From: Actinomycetota bacterium | GTDB taxonomy: Bacteria; Actinomycetota; Coriobacteriia; Anaerosomatales; Anaerosomataceae | Reading direction: 5' to 3' | Length of the DNA stretch: 64,000 nt | Assembly (NCBI GenBank): GCA_036679125.1 | Contig: JAZIGI010000004.1 | Coordinates: 5,904 to 69,903, forward strand | Shown here: one piece after another, positions 36,636 through 46,095 of the stretch | How positions within the stretch are numbered: the stretch's first letter is position 1 | How the letters are laid out: each line of letters opens with the position of its first letter | Notes under the pieces: generated by a model | The model's input: only the letters and a program-made list of their open reading frames with translations | Told to the model about the DNA's origin: nothing | Database searches by the model: none | Translations under genes and position numbers: made by a program

Positions 36636-37190
36636 ATGAGCGACGAGCAGAACACGGGATACGCACCGGTCGATCCGGAGCCGGCAGACGCACCCGGCGC
36701 CGCGCCCGAGAGCGCGCCCGACGCGGGCGAAGCATGGCGCGAGGTGGTAGCCGAACTCGACGCGCTCGGCGACGCGCTCGGTCGGTGGCTGAAGGCTGCG
36801 GTGAACGACCCGGAGAACAAGCGGCGGCTCGAAGAGGTGTCGAGCCGTCTCGACAGCTTCGTGAACGACGTGGGCTCGAGCGTGAAGGGCGCCGCCGACT
36901 CCGAGGTGGGGCAGTCGTTCAAGGAGGCCGCTGACAAGACCGGCGAGGCCTTCAAGATGGCAGGGGAGAAGTTCTCCGAGGAGGTCGGCCCTAAGCTTGC
37001 GGGGGCCTTCAAGACGATGGGTGAGAAGCTCCGTGGCGCTGCCGATAGGATCGAGGAGCGCCAGGCCGCCGCGCCGGAGGCCGCTGCACCTCCCACGGTT
37101 GAACCGCCTGCGCCCACGGTACCCACCGCCGAGCCGCCCACACCCACGGTGGTCACGCCACCTCCGCCCGCAGAGCCCACCAACGACTGA
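36636..37190 (+). CDS. Hypothetical acidic protein with a Pro-rich tail
   Basis: 184 aa. It has a helical, apolipoprotein-like middle (KGAADSEVGQSFKEAADKTGEAFKMAGEKF) and a PPTVEPPAPTVPTAEPPTPT tail. Confidence 0.6.
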   Translation: MSDEQNTGYAPVDPEPADAPGAAPESAPDAGEAWREVVAELDALGDALGRWLKAAVNDPENKRRLEEVSSRLDSFVNDVGSSVKGAADSEVGQSFKEAADKTGEAFKMAGEKFSEEVGPKLAGAFKTMGEKLRGAADRIEERQAAAPEAAAPPTVEPPAPTVPTAEPPTPTVVTPPPPAEPTND

Positions 37191-37208
37191 CATACAACGG
37201 AGTAGCGC

Positions 37209-37649
37209 ATGCCAGAGTGCACGTTCCACCGCGGCGTTGAGACCAACGTGCGCTGTGTTGAATGCGAACGGCCCATCTGCCCCAAGGACTTCGTGCCCAC
37301 GCCCGTGGGCTACAAGTGCCCCGACTGCGCACGCCAACTGCCCTCGGCGCGTCGCGTGGTGAAGCCGCGTCAGCTCGCCTTGGCGGCGCTGGCGGCGGTG
37401 GGAGTGGGGGCCCTCGGAGGACTCATCGCCTCGATGGTTCCCTACGGCTCGCTGCTGCTGGCTATCGTGCTCGGGCTGGTCACCGGTGAGGCCGCACGTC
37501 GTGCCTCGGGCGGTCACCGACAGGGCGCGGTGGCCGCAGTGGCGGGAATCGGGGCGGCGATCGGCATTGCGTTCACCAGCTTGGACCCACTGACGGCGCT
37601 CATCGCAGGGGCGGCTGCTGCGGTTTCGGTCTCTTCCGCCAGGTGGTGA
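37209..37649 (+). CDS. B-box/zinc-ribbon membrane protein
   Basis: CTFHRGVETNVRCVECERPICPKDFVPTPVGYKCPDC, with 8 Cys/His ligands, followed by Ala/Gly-rich TM segments. Confidence 0.65.
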   Translation: MPECTFHRGVETNVRCVECERPICPKDFVPTPVGYKCPDCARQLPSARRVVKPRQLALAALAAVGVGALGGLIASMVPYGSLLLAIVLGLVTGEAARRASGGHRQGAVAAVAGIGAAIGIAFTSLDPLTALIAGAAAAVSVSSARW

Positions 37650-37653
37650 GGCG

Positions 37654-38229
37654 ATGACAGCGCCGGTTCTCGCGTCGTTCAGGCCCGCCCGCTCGTTCGG
37701 CTGGGCGTGGCTGCTCGCCATCGTTCTGCTCATTGCGGCATCCGCGTTCCCGCTGTTCCGGCCGGAGGTCGTGCCTCCCGAGGAGCGCGCCGCCCTGTGG
37801 ATCACGGCCGCGATCATGGTTCCGCTGATCACGTTCCTGCTGGCCACGCTGCTGTCCATCCCGGCGATGCGCTACGACCTCACCAACGACGGACTGCTGC
37901 TCTCGTGCGGGCCGCTCTATCGCTACCGCGTCCCGTACGCGGAGATCACCGACGTGCGCCGCACCACGCTCACGCCCACGCTGTGGTCGAGCATGCGGAT
38001 GCCGGGCCTCGCCCTCGGCGGTGTGCCGTACGGGGATATCGGCACCGTGCGCATGTGCGCCACCCGCATGTCGCGCGACATCCTACTGGTGACGGCCGGT
38101 AAGCGCCGGTACGGGATCACTCCTGCCGGCGAGGCCGCGTTCATGGCCACGCTCATGCCGCTGCTGCCCCGACCGGCACAGGCTGGAAGTGTGGTGCCAG
38201 GGAGCGAGACCGCGCTCGTGGAGGGCTGA
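37654..38229 (+). CDS. Membrane protein with a bacterial PH (YdbS-like) domain
   Basis: Two TM helices, then MRYDLTNDGLLLSCGPLYRYRVPYAEITDVRR, a bPH_2-like pattern. Confidence 0.6.
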   Translation: MTAPVLASFRPARSFGWAWLLAIVLLIAASAFPLFRPEVVPPEERAALWITAAIMVPLITFLLATLLSIPAMRYDLTNDGLLLSCGPLYRYRVPYAEITDVRRTTLTPTLWSSMRMPGLALGGVPYGDIGTVRMCATRMSRDILLVTAGKRRYGITPAGEAAFMATLMPLLPRPAQAGSVVPGSETALVEG

Positions 38230-38230
38230 C

Positions 38231-38977
38231 GTGCATCCCATCGTGCCGATGGCGGTCATCACGCTGGTGCTCTCGGCGGCGCTCTGGTGCGGGATGCTGT
38301 GGCTGTACTCGGGGCGCACGATGCGCTTCGTACGGCTGGTGTGGCTCGGCCTGCCCCTCTCGGCGGCCGTGAACCTGCTTGTGAAAGCACCGATCGGCGA
38401 GGGCGTGGGCGCGCTTGCGGGGATTGAGCCGGGCCGCAGCCTGGACACGCCTCTGTGGTTCCTCGTGCTGCTCTTCATGCTGGCGCCGGTCTTCGAGGAA
38501 CTCATCAAGGTGGCGCCGCTGCTGGCGCCTGCCGTGCGGCGAACCGTGGCCACCGCCGACGACGCGCTCTGGACCGGCATGGCGCTCGGTATCGGGTTCG
38601 GCCTCGGCGAGGCGGCGTATCTCGCGTGGGGCATGATGTCGGCCGGGCTGTACACGGAGTACCCGTGGTACGCGTTCACGGGCTTCCTCAGCGAACGGCT
38701 GCTCGTGGTGTTCATGCACGGGATGATGACCGCGGTCTTCCTGCGGATCGCCAAGGGCGGGCGTCCGCTCCTCGGCTACCTCGCCGCGATGGGTGCGCAC
38801 GCCGTGTTGAACTCGGGTGCGATGCTCTACCAGCTCGGCGTTGCGTCCGGGTGGGTGGCGGAAGTCGTGCTGGTTGTGATGCTCATCGCGGCGGTGCTCA
38901 TCCTGGAGCGCATCCGGCCCAAGCGCGCTGCCGCAGGGCGTGCCGGGGACACCGTCTACTACTCGGCAGGTGAGTGA
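38231..38977 (+). CDS. PrsW-family intramembrane protease-like protein
   Basis: GTG 38231 follows a GGAGGG RBS. Motifs: FEELIK (EExxK), GFGLGEAAY, HGMM, HAVLN. Confidence 0.7.
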   Translation: MHPIVPMAVITLVLSAALWCGMLWLYSGRTMRFVRLVWLGLPLSAAVNLLVKAPIGEGVGALAGIEPGRSLDTPLWFLVLLFMLAPVFEELIKVAPLLAPAVRRTVATADDALWTGMALGIGFGLGEAAYLAWGMMSAGLYTEYPWYAFTGFLSERLLVVFMHGMMTAVFLRIAKGGRPLLGYLAAMGAHAVLNSGAMLYQLGVASGWVAEVVLVVMLIAAVLILERIRPKRAAAGRAGDTVYYSAGE

Positions 38978-38978
38978 C

Positions 38979-39932
38979 GTGCCGATCGTGCTGGTAATCG
39001 TAGGGCTCGTGCTGCTCGCAGTGGGCGGCGAGTCGCTCGTGCGCGGCGCGGTCTCGCTCGCTCGGCGCTCCGGGCTCTCCGTGCTGCTCATCGGCATCAC
39101 CGTGGTGGCCGCGGCCACCTCGATGCCCGAGCTCGTGGTGAGCGTGCAGGCGGCGCTTGCGGGCAACCCGGGCATCGCCGTGGGCAACGTGGTAGGCAGC
39201 AACATCGCAAACCTCGCGCTCGGCCTCGGCACGATGGGCGTGCTCGTGCCGTTCACCGTGCGGCGGTGGTCGCTCTGGCACGACCTGCTGGCGCTCATGG
39301 CGGCCTCGGTGGCGTTCCTGGGTCTCGGACTGCTCGGCAGCATCGAGCGCGCGGTGGGCGCGCTCATGCTTCTCGCACTCGGCTACCACCTCTGGCGTAC
39401 GTACGTGCGTGACAAGCGCGAGCGCGACGCGGTGGCAGCGCTGCATGCCGAGGAGCCCATCGAGTTCCTCGAGTCGTGGTCGGTGGGGTTCTCACTCGCC
39501 GTCCTCGCGGGATCGAGCGCGCTTCTGGTGCTCGGCGCCCGTCTGCTGCTGGAGGGCGCGGTGCCGCTTGCCGAGATGTGGGGAGTGAGCGACGCGGTGA
39601 TCGGCGCGAGCGTGGTGGCGCTCGGCACGTCGCTTCCCGAGATCGCAACCACGGCCGCTGCGGCCCTGCGCCGCGAGCACGAGGTGGCCCTCGGCAACTT
39701 GGTGGGGAGCAGCCTCTTCAACACGCTCGCGATCCTGGGCGTGACGGCGCTCGTGCGGCCGGTGCCGCTCGACCCGGAGTTCGTGTTCACGAACGGCGCG
39801 ATCGTCCTGGGTGTGGTGGCCGTGAGCGCACCGTGGCTCACCGGGCGGTGGCGGTTCGGACGGCGGGCCGGATTCGCGTTCCTTGCCGGATACGTGCTCT
39901 ACATCGCGATCACCACCGGGGCACTCGGCTGA
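38979..39932 (+). CDS. Ca2+/Na+ antiporter (CaCA family, YrbG-like)
   Basis: Alpha-repeats GNVVGSNIANLALGLG and GNLVGSSLFNTLAILG. The start is GTG 38979 or 38970. Confidence 0.85.
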   Translation: MPIVLVIVGLVLLAVGGESLVRGAVSLARRSGLSVLLIGITVVAAATSMPELVVSVQAALAGNPGIAVGNVVGSNIANLALGLGTMGVLVPFTVRRWSLWHDLLALMAASVAFLGLGLLGSIERAVGALMLLALGYHLWRTYVRDKRERDAVAALHAEEPIEFLESWSVGFSLAVLAGSSALLVLGARLLLEGAVPLAEMWGVSDAVIGASVVALGTSLPEIATTAAAALRREHEVALGNLVGSSLFNTLAILGVTALVRPVPLDPEFVFTNGAIVLGVVAVSAPWLTGRWRFGRRAGFAFLAGYVLYIAITTGALG

Positions 39933-39990
39933 GCGGCTCGCGGTCTCCACGCAGACGCGCTTCGCGGTATCCTCGCGGTGAGGAGGCCGA

Positions 39991-41589
39991 ATGAACGAGC
40001 GCGCGACCATCACCTTCGAGCCCTCTGGCCGGACCGTGTCCGTGCCGGTGGGCTCGACGCTTCTCGAGGCGGCCCGGGTAGCCGGCGTCGACATCGACTC
40101 GCCCTGCGGCGGCACCGGGACGTGCGGTTCGTGCCGGGTGCGTGCGACCGGCGGTCTTTCAGCGATGAGCGGTAGCGAACGGGAGCTGCTCGGCGGTGCT
40201 GGCGTGACAGCCGGTAAGCGGCTCGCGTGCAGGGCACGTGCCGAGGGCAACGCGACAGTGCTGCTGGCCGACGCGCCACGCGAAGCGCGCGTGGTGTCCG
40301 CCGCGCGGCACCGTCCCGCCGAGGTGCAGCCGCCGCTCGCGCGCGGTATCGACCGCGTGGGCGATGTGTTCGGGACCGTGGTGGACATCGGCACCACCAC
40401 CGTGGCCGCCGAGCTCGTGGATCTGCGCACCGGCGCCGTGCTGGCAACGGCGGGCGAGCTGAACGCGCAGCGCACCTTCGGGGCCGACGTGCTCTCGAGG
40501 GTGTCGCGCGCCACCGCCGGAGAAGCCGCCGCTCTTCACGACGCGATCGTGGGTCAGGTCGACGCGATGACCACCCGCATGCTCGCCGAGGCGGGTGTGA
40601 GCGCTGATTCGCTCGCCGAGAGCATGGTCGTGGGCAATGTGGCGATGACAGGGCTCTTCCTGGGCAGGGACGTCTCGGCGCTTGGCGAGGCGCCGTACGA
40701 GGGCGCGCCGCTTGCGGGGTCACACGTGCGGCCTGCGAGCATCGGCTCGGCGCTGCCGGCGGGCGTTGACGTGATCGTGCCGCAGGCCCCCTCGGCGTTC
40801 ATCGGCTCGGACGTGACCGCTGGGATGATCGCCACCGCGCTGGCCGAGCGCGTCGCGCCCACCCTGTACATCGACCTCGGCACCAACGGCGAGATCGTGC
40901 TCGCCGCACGCGGACAGCTGCTCGCCGCCTCCACCGCCGCTGGCCCGGCGCTCGAGGGCGCCTCGATCGAGTGCGGGATGCGAGCCGAGACCGGCGCTAT
41001 CGAGCAGGTGGCGTTCGCCGACGGCGCGCTCACCCTCGGCGTGATCGGCGAGCGCGAGCCGGCTGGCATCTGCGGGAGCGGACTGCTCGACCTCATCGCC
41101 GTGCTGCTGGACGCGGGGCTGATCGACGCCACCGGCCGCATGCTCGACCCGGTGGGCCATCCCCTCCGGATGCGCGTGACCGAGCGCAACGGGAGCAGGG
41201 CGTTCGTGGTGAGCGAAGGCGTGGTGCTCACGCAGCAGGACGTGCGCCAGGTGCAGCTTGCGGTGGGCGCCGTGCGCACGGGAATCGAGCTCCTGCTTGC
41301 CGAGGTGGAGCTGGCGCCCTCGGCGATCGTCACGGTGGTGGTGGCTGGCGGCTTTGGCTATCACGTGCGGGCCGCCTCACTCGTACGCCTCGGCCTGCTG
41401 CCGCCGGTGTGGCTCGATCGCGTGGACTTCGCGGGCAACACAGCGCTCGCCGGCGCGCGCATGCTGCTGCTCGATGGCGAGCTGCGCGAGAAGGCGGTCG
41501 CCGCGGTGGACCGGGTGCGCACGATCGACCTCGCCGCGCATACGGAGTTCCAGCAGCGCTTCATCGCGTCGCTGACGTTCCCCGCGTAA
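39991..41589 (+). CDS. [2Fe-2S] ferredoxin-domain / ASKHA (DUF4445, RACo-like) protein
   Basis: SPCGGTGTCGSCRV cluster motif. VVDIGTTTVAAELVDL and YIDLGTNGEIV are ASKHA phosphate motifs. The RBS is GAGGAGG. Confidence 0.85.
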   Translation: MNERATITFEPSGRTVSVPVGSTLLEAARVAGVDIDSPCGGTGTCGSCRVRATGGLSAMSGSERELLGGAGVTAGKRLACRARAEGNATVLLADAPREARVVSAARHRPAEVQPPLARGIDRVGDVFGTVVDIGTTTVAAELVDLRTGAVLATAGELNAQRTFGADVLSRVSRATAGEAAALHDAIVGQVDAMTTRMLAEAGVSADSLAESMVVGNVAMTGLFLGRDVSALGEAPYEGAPLAGSHVRPASIGSALPAGVDVIVPQAPSAFIGSDVTAGMIATALAERVAPTLYIDLGTNGEIVLAARGQLLAASTAAGPALEGASIECGMRAETGAIEQVAFADGALTLGVIGEREPAGICGSGLLDLIAVLLDAGLIDATGRMLDPVGHPLRMRVTERNGSRAFVVSEGVVLTQQDVRQVQLAVGAVRTGIELLLAEVELAPSAIVTVVVAGGFGYHVRAASLVRLGLLPPVWLDRVDFAGNTALAGARMLLLDGELREKAVAAVDRVRTIDLAAHTEFQQRFIASLTFPA

Positions 41590-41640
41590 GGCGCCCCAGC
41601 GCGCAACCACAAGACCCCTTTCCCGTGGGGGCTCATGTCC

Positions 41641-41666
41641 TTGACATTACGATTTCGTAATGACAA
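41641..41666 (+). promoter_or_regulatory. Promoter/operator of yedE: TTGACA box embedded in a 26-bp near-perfect palindrome
   Basis: TTGACATTACGA-tt-TCGTAATGACAA, with 12-bp arms and one mismatch. The core CATTACGA/TCGTAATG is perfect. It is an AT-rich patch 45-70 nt upstream of ATG 41710. Confidence 0.5.
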
Positions 41667-41709
41667 TCATTCAGCGGGCTTATACATGTTCCGAGGGAGA
41701 GGGAGTGGC

Positions 41710-42969
41710 ATGGCCAAGCGTCGGGTGATCGGCCCCACAGCATGGGTGCTGGGTGGAGCCGGTCTGTTCATCGGTGCGGTTGCCGCGTGGCTGGTAAGCC
41801 AGGGCAACCCGGGCAACATGGGCCTGTGCATCGCGTGCTTCCTGCGCGATATCACGGGCTTCTTCGTGGGCGGCGTCACCAACCAGGGCGCTGTGGCCTA
41901 TATCAGGCCGGAGATCATCGGCATCATCCTGGGCGCGATGGGTGCGGCGCTCCTCACCCGTGAGTTCCGCCCGCGCGGCGGCAGCCAGCCGCTCGTCCGG
42001 TTCGTGCTCGGCTTCATCTTCATGGCCGGCGCGCTCATCTTCCTCGGCTGCACCGTGCGCGCCTGGCTGCGTCTGGGCGGCGGTGACCTCACCGCCATCT
42101 GGGGCATCCTCGGCATCGTCGCCGGCGTGCTCGTGGGCATCGTCTTCCTCAAGAAGGGCTTCAACCTCGGTCGCGCCAAGGCCGTCGCCAAGCCCCTCGG
42201 GTGGATCCTGCCGACCTTCGCGGTCGTGCTCCTGGTCCTGGTCGTGGTGAGCACGCTCGGCACCAAGCCCGACTTCGCCACGCAGACCAAGGCCGGCGCG
42301 TTCGCCACGGGCGACAAGCCGCCGGCGGTGTTCCTCAAGCACGACGGTGAGCCTGACCAGGTGCTCAAGCCCGAGGGCGCCACGCTCGCCGAGGACGGCT
42401 CGATCGTTGCCGAGGACGGCGCCGTGGTGGCCTCGGCCGAATCGGTCGCCAAGGCATCCCCGCAGCCCGGCGGCAAGCGCGCGCTGCTGTGGGTCTCGCT
42501 CGCCGCCGGTCTCGCCATCGGCGTGGTGGCGCAGCGCAGCCGCTTCTGCTCCATCGGCGGCATCCGTGACGCGATCCTCGTGCGCCGCTACGACCTGCTC
42601 TTCGGCGTGGCGGGCCTGCTCATCGGCTCCACGGTCGTGAACATGCTCTTCGGTCAGTACAACCTCGGCTTCACCAACCAGCCGATCGCGCACAACGACG
42701 CGCTCGGCAGCTTCGCCGCCATGACCATCGCCACGTTCGCGGCGATGCTGCTCGGCGGCTGCCCGTTCCGCCAGGTGATCATGGGCGCCGAGGGCGACGC
42801 CGACTCCACCACCGCGGTGGCTGGCATGCTGGTGGGCGCCGGCTTCATGCACTGGGCCACGCTGGCCTCGTCGGGCAAGGGCCTCGCGCCCAACGCCTGG
42901 CCGGCGATGGCCGTGATGGCCGTGATGCTGGTAGCGATCGCGCTCTATGGCAGCCGTAAGTCGGCGTAG
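41710..42969 (+). CDS. yedE: YedE/YeeE-family sulfur/selenium (thiosulfate-type) transporter
   Basis: Trimmed to ATG 41710 (RBS GGGAGAGGGAG). It carries the conserved Cys-containing half-repeats GLCIACFLRD and RSRFCSIGGIRD and is polytopic. Confidence 0.85.
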   Translation: MAKRRVIGPTAWVLGGAGLFIGAVAAWLVSQGNPGNMGLCIACFLRDITGFFVGGVTNQGAVAYIRPEIIGIILGAMGAALLTREFRPRGGSQPLVRFVLGFIFMAGALIFLGCTVRAWLRLGGGDLTAIWGILGIVAGVLVGIVFLKKGFNLGRAKAVAKPLGWILPTFAVVLLVLVVVSTLGTKPDFATQTKAGAFATGDKPPAVFLKHDGEPDQVLKPEGATLAEDGSIVAEDGAVVASAESVAKASPQPGGKRALLWVSLAAGLAIGVVAQRSRFCSIGGIRDAILVRRYDLLFGVAGLLIGSTVVNMLFGQYNLGFTNQPIAHNDALGSFAAMTIATFAAMLLGGCPFRQVIMGAEGDADSTTAVAGMLVGAGFMHWATLASSGKGLAPNAWPAMAVMAVMLVAIALYGSRKSA

Positions 42970-42976
42970 AGAGGGG

Positions 42977-43189
42977 ATGACGATGAAAGAACTCGACGTG
43001 CGCGGGCTGTCCTGCCCGATGCCGCTGATGCACACGAAGAAGGCACTGGAGGATGACCCCGCGGAGATCATGGTCCATGCGGACAGCGGGACCGCCAAGG
43101 CCAATGTGGTAGCGTTCCTGCAGGATTCCGGCTACACGGTCACCGTGGACGAGTCGGGCGAGGAGTACAAGATCAAGGGGACACGCTAG
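42977..43189 (+). CDS. TusA/SirA-like sulfurtransferase (YedF-like)
   Basis: KELDVRGLSCPMPLMHTKKAL carries the CPxP active-site motif. The start is ATG 42977 or 42983. Confidence 0.8.
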   Translation: MTMKELDVRGLSCPMPLMHTKKALEDDPAEIMVHADSGTAKANVVAFLQDSGYTVTVDESGEEYKIKGTR

Positions 43190-43749
43190 TGGCTCTGTTC
43201 TCCCGCAAGGACAGGAAGACAGCCCCGGGCGCCGATGAGGCGCTCGGGCTCTTCCTTTTCGATGCCGTGAACGACGCACTCGCCGCCGAGCGGGCGCTCA
43301 AGGCCGCCGGATATGAGTTGTCGCTTGTGGCGCCTCCGCAGCATCTGCGTGCCGGGTGCGATCTCTCGATCGCGCTTCCGCGCGTGGAGCACATCGGCGC
43401 CGAGCGCGTGCTGGCCGACGCGGGCGTGCACGTGCGCGACTGGATCGCCGATGCCGAGGGCACCGCCGAGGTGTGCGACCTGGTCACGACCGTGGACTTC
43501 GGCGAGTGGCTGATGGTGCGCGCCGGCAACATGAAGATCGTCGTGGAGAAGTCGACGGGCGTGATCGTGAACACCTCCGGCGGCGGATGCCCCGACATCC
43601 CGTATCTGAACCTCGCGCTCGTGGGCAAACGGCTCGACGAGGTGCCGCGACCCAAGGACCTCGGCTACACGCTCTGCGGGCTGATGCTCGACCGCGCGTA
43701 CGTGGAGGTCCGCTCGCTGCTGGGCGGCGCGGAAGGCGGTGTCGCATGA
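43189..43749 (+). CDS. DUF3343 (putative Se/S carrier-like) domain protein with an unknown C-terminal half
   Basis: GLFLFDAVNDALAAERALKAAGYELSLVAPPQHLRAGCDLSIALP fits the DUF3343 pattern. The C-half contains GGGCPDIP. GTG 43189 overlaps the upstream stop. Confidence 0.6.
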   Translation: MALFSRKDRKTAPGADEALGLFLFDAVNDALAAERALKAAGYELSLVAPPQHLRAGCDLSIALPRVEHIGAERVLADAGVHVRDWIADAEGTAEVCDLVTTVDFGEWLMVRAGNMKIVVEKSTGVIVNTSGGGCPDIPYLNLALVGKRLDEVPRPKDLGYTLCGLMLDRAYVEVRSLLGGAEGGVA

Positions 43750-44633
43750 CGCTTCTGGTGATAGCCACGTACCCGGTGGTGGACGGACCCGTGCTTGAGG
43801 GCCCGGTCACGATCGAGCCCGATGGCGGCATCGCCATCGGCGGCACCCGCGTACCGAGCTCGCAGGGCACGTCGGCGATGCTTGGCGCCGCCGCGCAGGT
43901 GGCGGCGCACCTCGGCACCACTCCGCCGCACGCGCTGGTAGCGGGCGACATCGGCCGGGGCGACGGCACGCGGCACGTGTACGAGCGGCTGCTCGACGCG
44001 GTGGAGCGCATCCGCCCGTCGGTGATCGCGTTCCACTACATGCAGCCGGTGATGGCGCTGATGCGGAAGGCGGTCGACGGCCTTGCCGAGGCGGCCCCGG
44101 ACACGCTCCTGGTGGCCGACGCCGGCGGCATGTACGCCGCCAAGGCCGCCGGCCTCGCGTCGCGCTTCGAGCTGATGACGCCGGACGTGGGCGAAGTGGG
44201 CTTCCTCGCGGACCCCGCGGTCACGCACCCCGCGTACGTGTCGCACTACCTCTTCGGCAACGAGGGCTTCGACCCGGTGAGGCTCGCGGCATCGGCGCAC
44301 CAGACCGGCGGCGCCGCGCGCGTGCTGCTCATCAAGGGCGTTCGCGACCACATCGCGCTCGACGGCGAGATCGCCGAGGTCGTGGACGAGCCGTGCGTGC
44401 CGGAGCTCGAAGCGATCGGCGGCACCGGCGACACGGTGGCGGGGCTCGCCTCGGCGTTCCTGGCGGCGGGCTTCCCCACGGTGGATGCCGCGCGCTGCGC
44501 GTGTCTCGCCAACCGCGAGGCCGGCCGCGTGATGGGCGCTACGCCTGCGATGCACGCCCGTGACCTCGTGGCCACGCTGCCCGGCGTGCTCGCCGACAAC
44601 CTGTGTCGCTGGGGCGGCGCCTGCGTGGTGTAG
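43746..44633 (+). CDS. Ribokinase-fold protein, NnrD/YjeF-C-like
   Basis: This is the C-terminal part of ORF 43356..44633, with an ATGA overlap at 43746. LVADAGG...LMTPDVGE...LLIKG...AIGGTGDTVAGL... Confidence 0.6.
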   Translation: MTLLVIATYPVVDGPVLEGPVTIEPDGGIAIGGTRVPSSQGTSAMLGAAAQVAAHLGTTPPHALVAGDIGRGDGTRHVYERLLDAVERIRPSVIAFHYMQPVMALMRKAVDGLAEAAPDTLLVADAGGMYAAKAAGLASRFELMTPDVGEVGFLADPAVTHPAYVSHYLFGNEGFDPVRLAASAHQTGGAARVLLIKGVRDHIALDGEIAEVVDEPCVPELEAIGGTGDTVAGLASAFLAAGFPTVDAARCACLANREAGRVMGATPAMHARDLVATLPGVLADNLCRWGGACVV

Positions 44634-44768
44634 GTGCGCACACGGCTCGGCCCGGTGATGGCGCGTGCCACGCCTGCCCCGTGATGGCGCGCACACTCCG
44701 CTCTGGACGGTGAGGCCCCTCGGCGCGTACCCTCAGGGCAGCGAACCGCCCGCGAAAGGGGATCCGCC

Positions 44769-44981
44769 ATGCTGCTTGGGATCACGATCAAGCCGTTCAT
44801 GCTCGTTGCCGGTGGCAGCGCGCTCTTCGTGCTCATGGTGTTCCAGATCCTCCAGGGCATGCGCAAGATCAAGTTCAAGGGCAAGCTCCACCTCACCGTG
44901 CACAAGTGGGTGGCGTTCGGCATCCTGGCCGGATCGGTGTTCCACGGCCTGTTCGCGCTCGCGTATCTGAACATCATCTAG
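44769..44981 (+). CDS. Small two-TM membrane protein
   Basis: 70 aa. The RBS is GAAAGGGGA. It has two hydrophobic helices separated by MRKIKFKGKLHLTVHK. Confidence 0.55.
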   Translation: MLLGITIKPFMLVAGGSALFVLMVFQILQGMRKIKFKGKLHLTVHKWVAFGILAGSVFHGLFALAYLNII

Positions 44982-45023
44982 CCCGCTTCCGGGTCACCCG
45001 GGTCAGGCGGTACGGAGGACTCC

Positions 45024-45974
45024 ATGGACGAGAACGTGCAGCAGCAGAGCGTGCCGCAGCCCGAGCCCAGGAAGCGCATGTCGGCCGGCGCCAAGTGGGC
45101 GATCGGCCTGGGGGTCGCGTTCCTGCTGCTGGTCCTCGGCTCGTGCGCGCTCATGATGGTCGCCCTCGGGGATACCGACTCACTCGCACTCTCGATGGGC
45201 GACAACGTCGCGGTCATCTACATCGACGACGTGATCTCCGGCACCAGCGGTGTCACCCCTGAGTACATCCTCGACCAGCTCGACCAGGCACTCGAGGACG
45301 ACAGCGTGAAAGCGGTCATCCTGCGCATCGACTCCCCGGGTGGTACCGTGGCGGCCTCGCAGGAGATCATGATGGGTGTGCAGCGTGTCGCCGAGGAGAA
45401 GCCGATCATCACGAGCGTCGGCGACCTGTGCGCATCGGGTTCCTACATGGTGGCGGCGCAGACCGACGAGATCATCGCGGCCCCTGGTTCCACCATCGGC
45501 AGCATCGGCGTGATCATGTCGCTCGTGAACGCCGAGGAGCTCGTGGACAAGGTGGGCCTGCAGTTCATCACCCTCACCGCGGGCGAGTACAAAGACGCGG
45601 GCAGCATGTATCGCAGCCTCACGGAGACCGAGACCGCCATGTTCGAGGAGCAGCTGGCGCTCATCCACGAGCAGTTCGTGGCCGATGTCGCCGAAGGTCG
45701 TGGGAAGTCCGTGGAGGAGATGGAGGAGCTGGCCACCGGCTGGGCATGGCTCGGCAGTGAGGCGCTCGAGCTCGACCTCATCGACTCCATCGGCAACTAC
45801 GACGACGCGGTCGATCGCGCGGCGGAGCTCGGCGGCATCGAAGGCGAGCCTGGCATCGTGACGTACGAGCCCGTGGATCCCCTCGGCGACCTGTACCTCG
45901 ACCTCCTGGGCATCCTCGCACCCGGCAACGACATCGATGCCGAGGCGCTTCGTCGGATGGGCCTGCCGCGTTAG
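45024..45974 (+). CDS. sppA: Signal peptide peptidase SppA (36K type)
   Basis: VKAVILRIDSPGGTVAAS...GDLCASGSYMVA...GSIGV. These are the ClpP/crotonase-fold S49 motifs. There is an N-terminal TM anchor. Confidence 0.88.
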   Translation: MDENVQQQSVPQPEPRKRMSAGAKWAIGLGVAFLLLVLGSCALMMVALGDTDSLALSMGDNVAVIYIDDVISGTSGVTPEYILDQLDQALEDDSVKAVILRIDSPGGTVAASQEIMMGVQRVAEEKPIITSVGDLCASGSYMVAAQTDEIIAAPGSTIGSIGVIMSLVNAEELVDKVGLQFITLTAGEYKDAGSMYRSLTETETAMFEEQLALIHEQFVADVAEGRGKSVEEMEELATGWAWLGSEALELDLIDSIGNYDDAVDRAAELGGIEGEPGIVTYEPVDPLGDLYLDLLGILAPGNDIDAEALRRMGLPR

Positions 45975-46024
45975 GTGGGTGCAGAGCGCGGGCGAGAGGC
46001 GCCGCACGGCGCCCCGGTATCGCC

Positions 46025-46036
46025 TACAATGCACGC
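46025..46036 (+). promoter_or_regulatory. Putative -10 region TACAATGCACGC upstream of purC
   Basis: A TACAAT hexamer lies 60 nt upstream of the purC start. The same 12-mer recurs upstream of purM at 57579-57590. Confidence 0.35.
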
Positions 46037-46095
46037 ATGAGCCGCGCCCCTGGTGGCGTTTGGCGTGATGTAGGCCAGCCCCGAAAGGACGCCGC

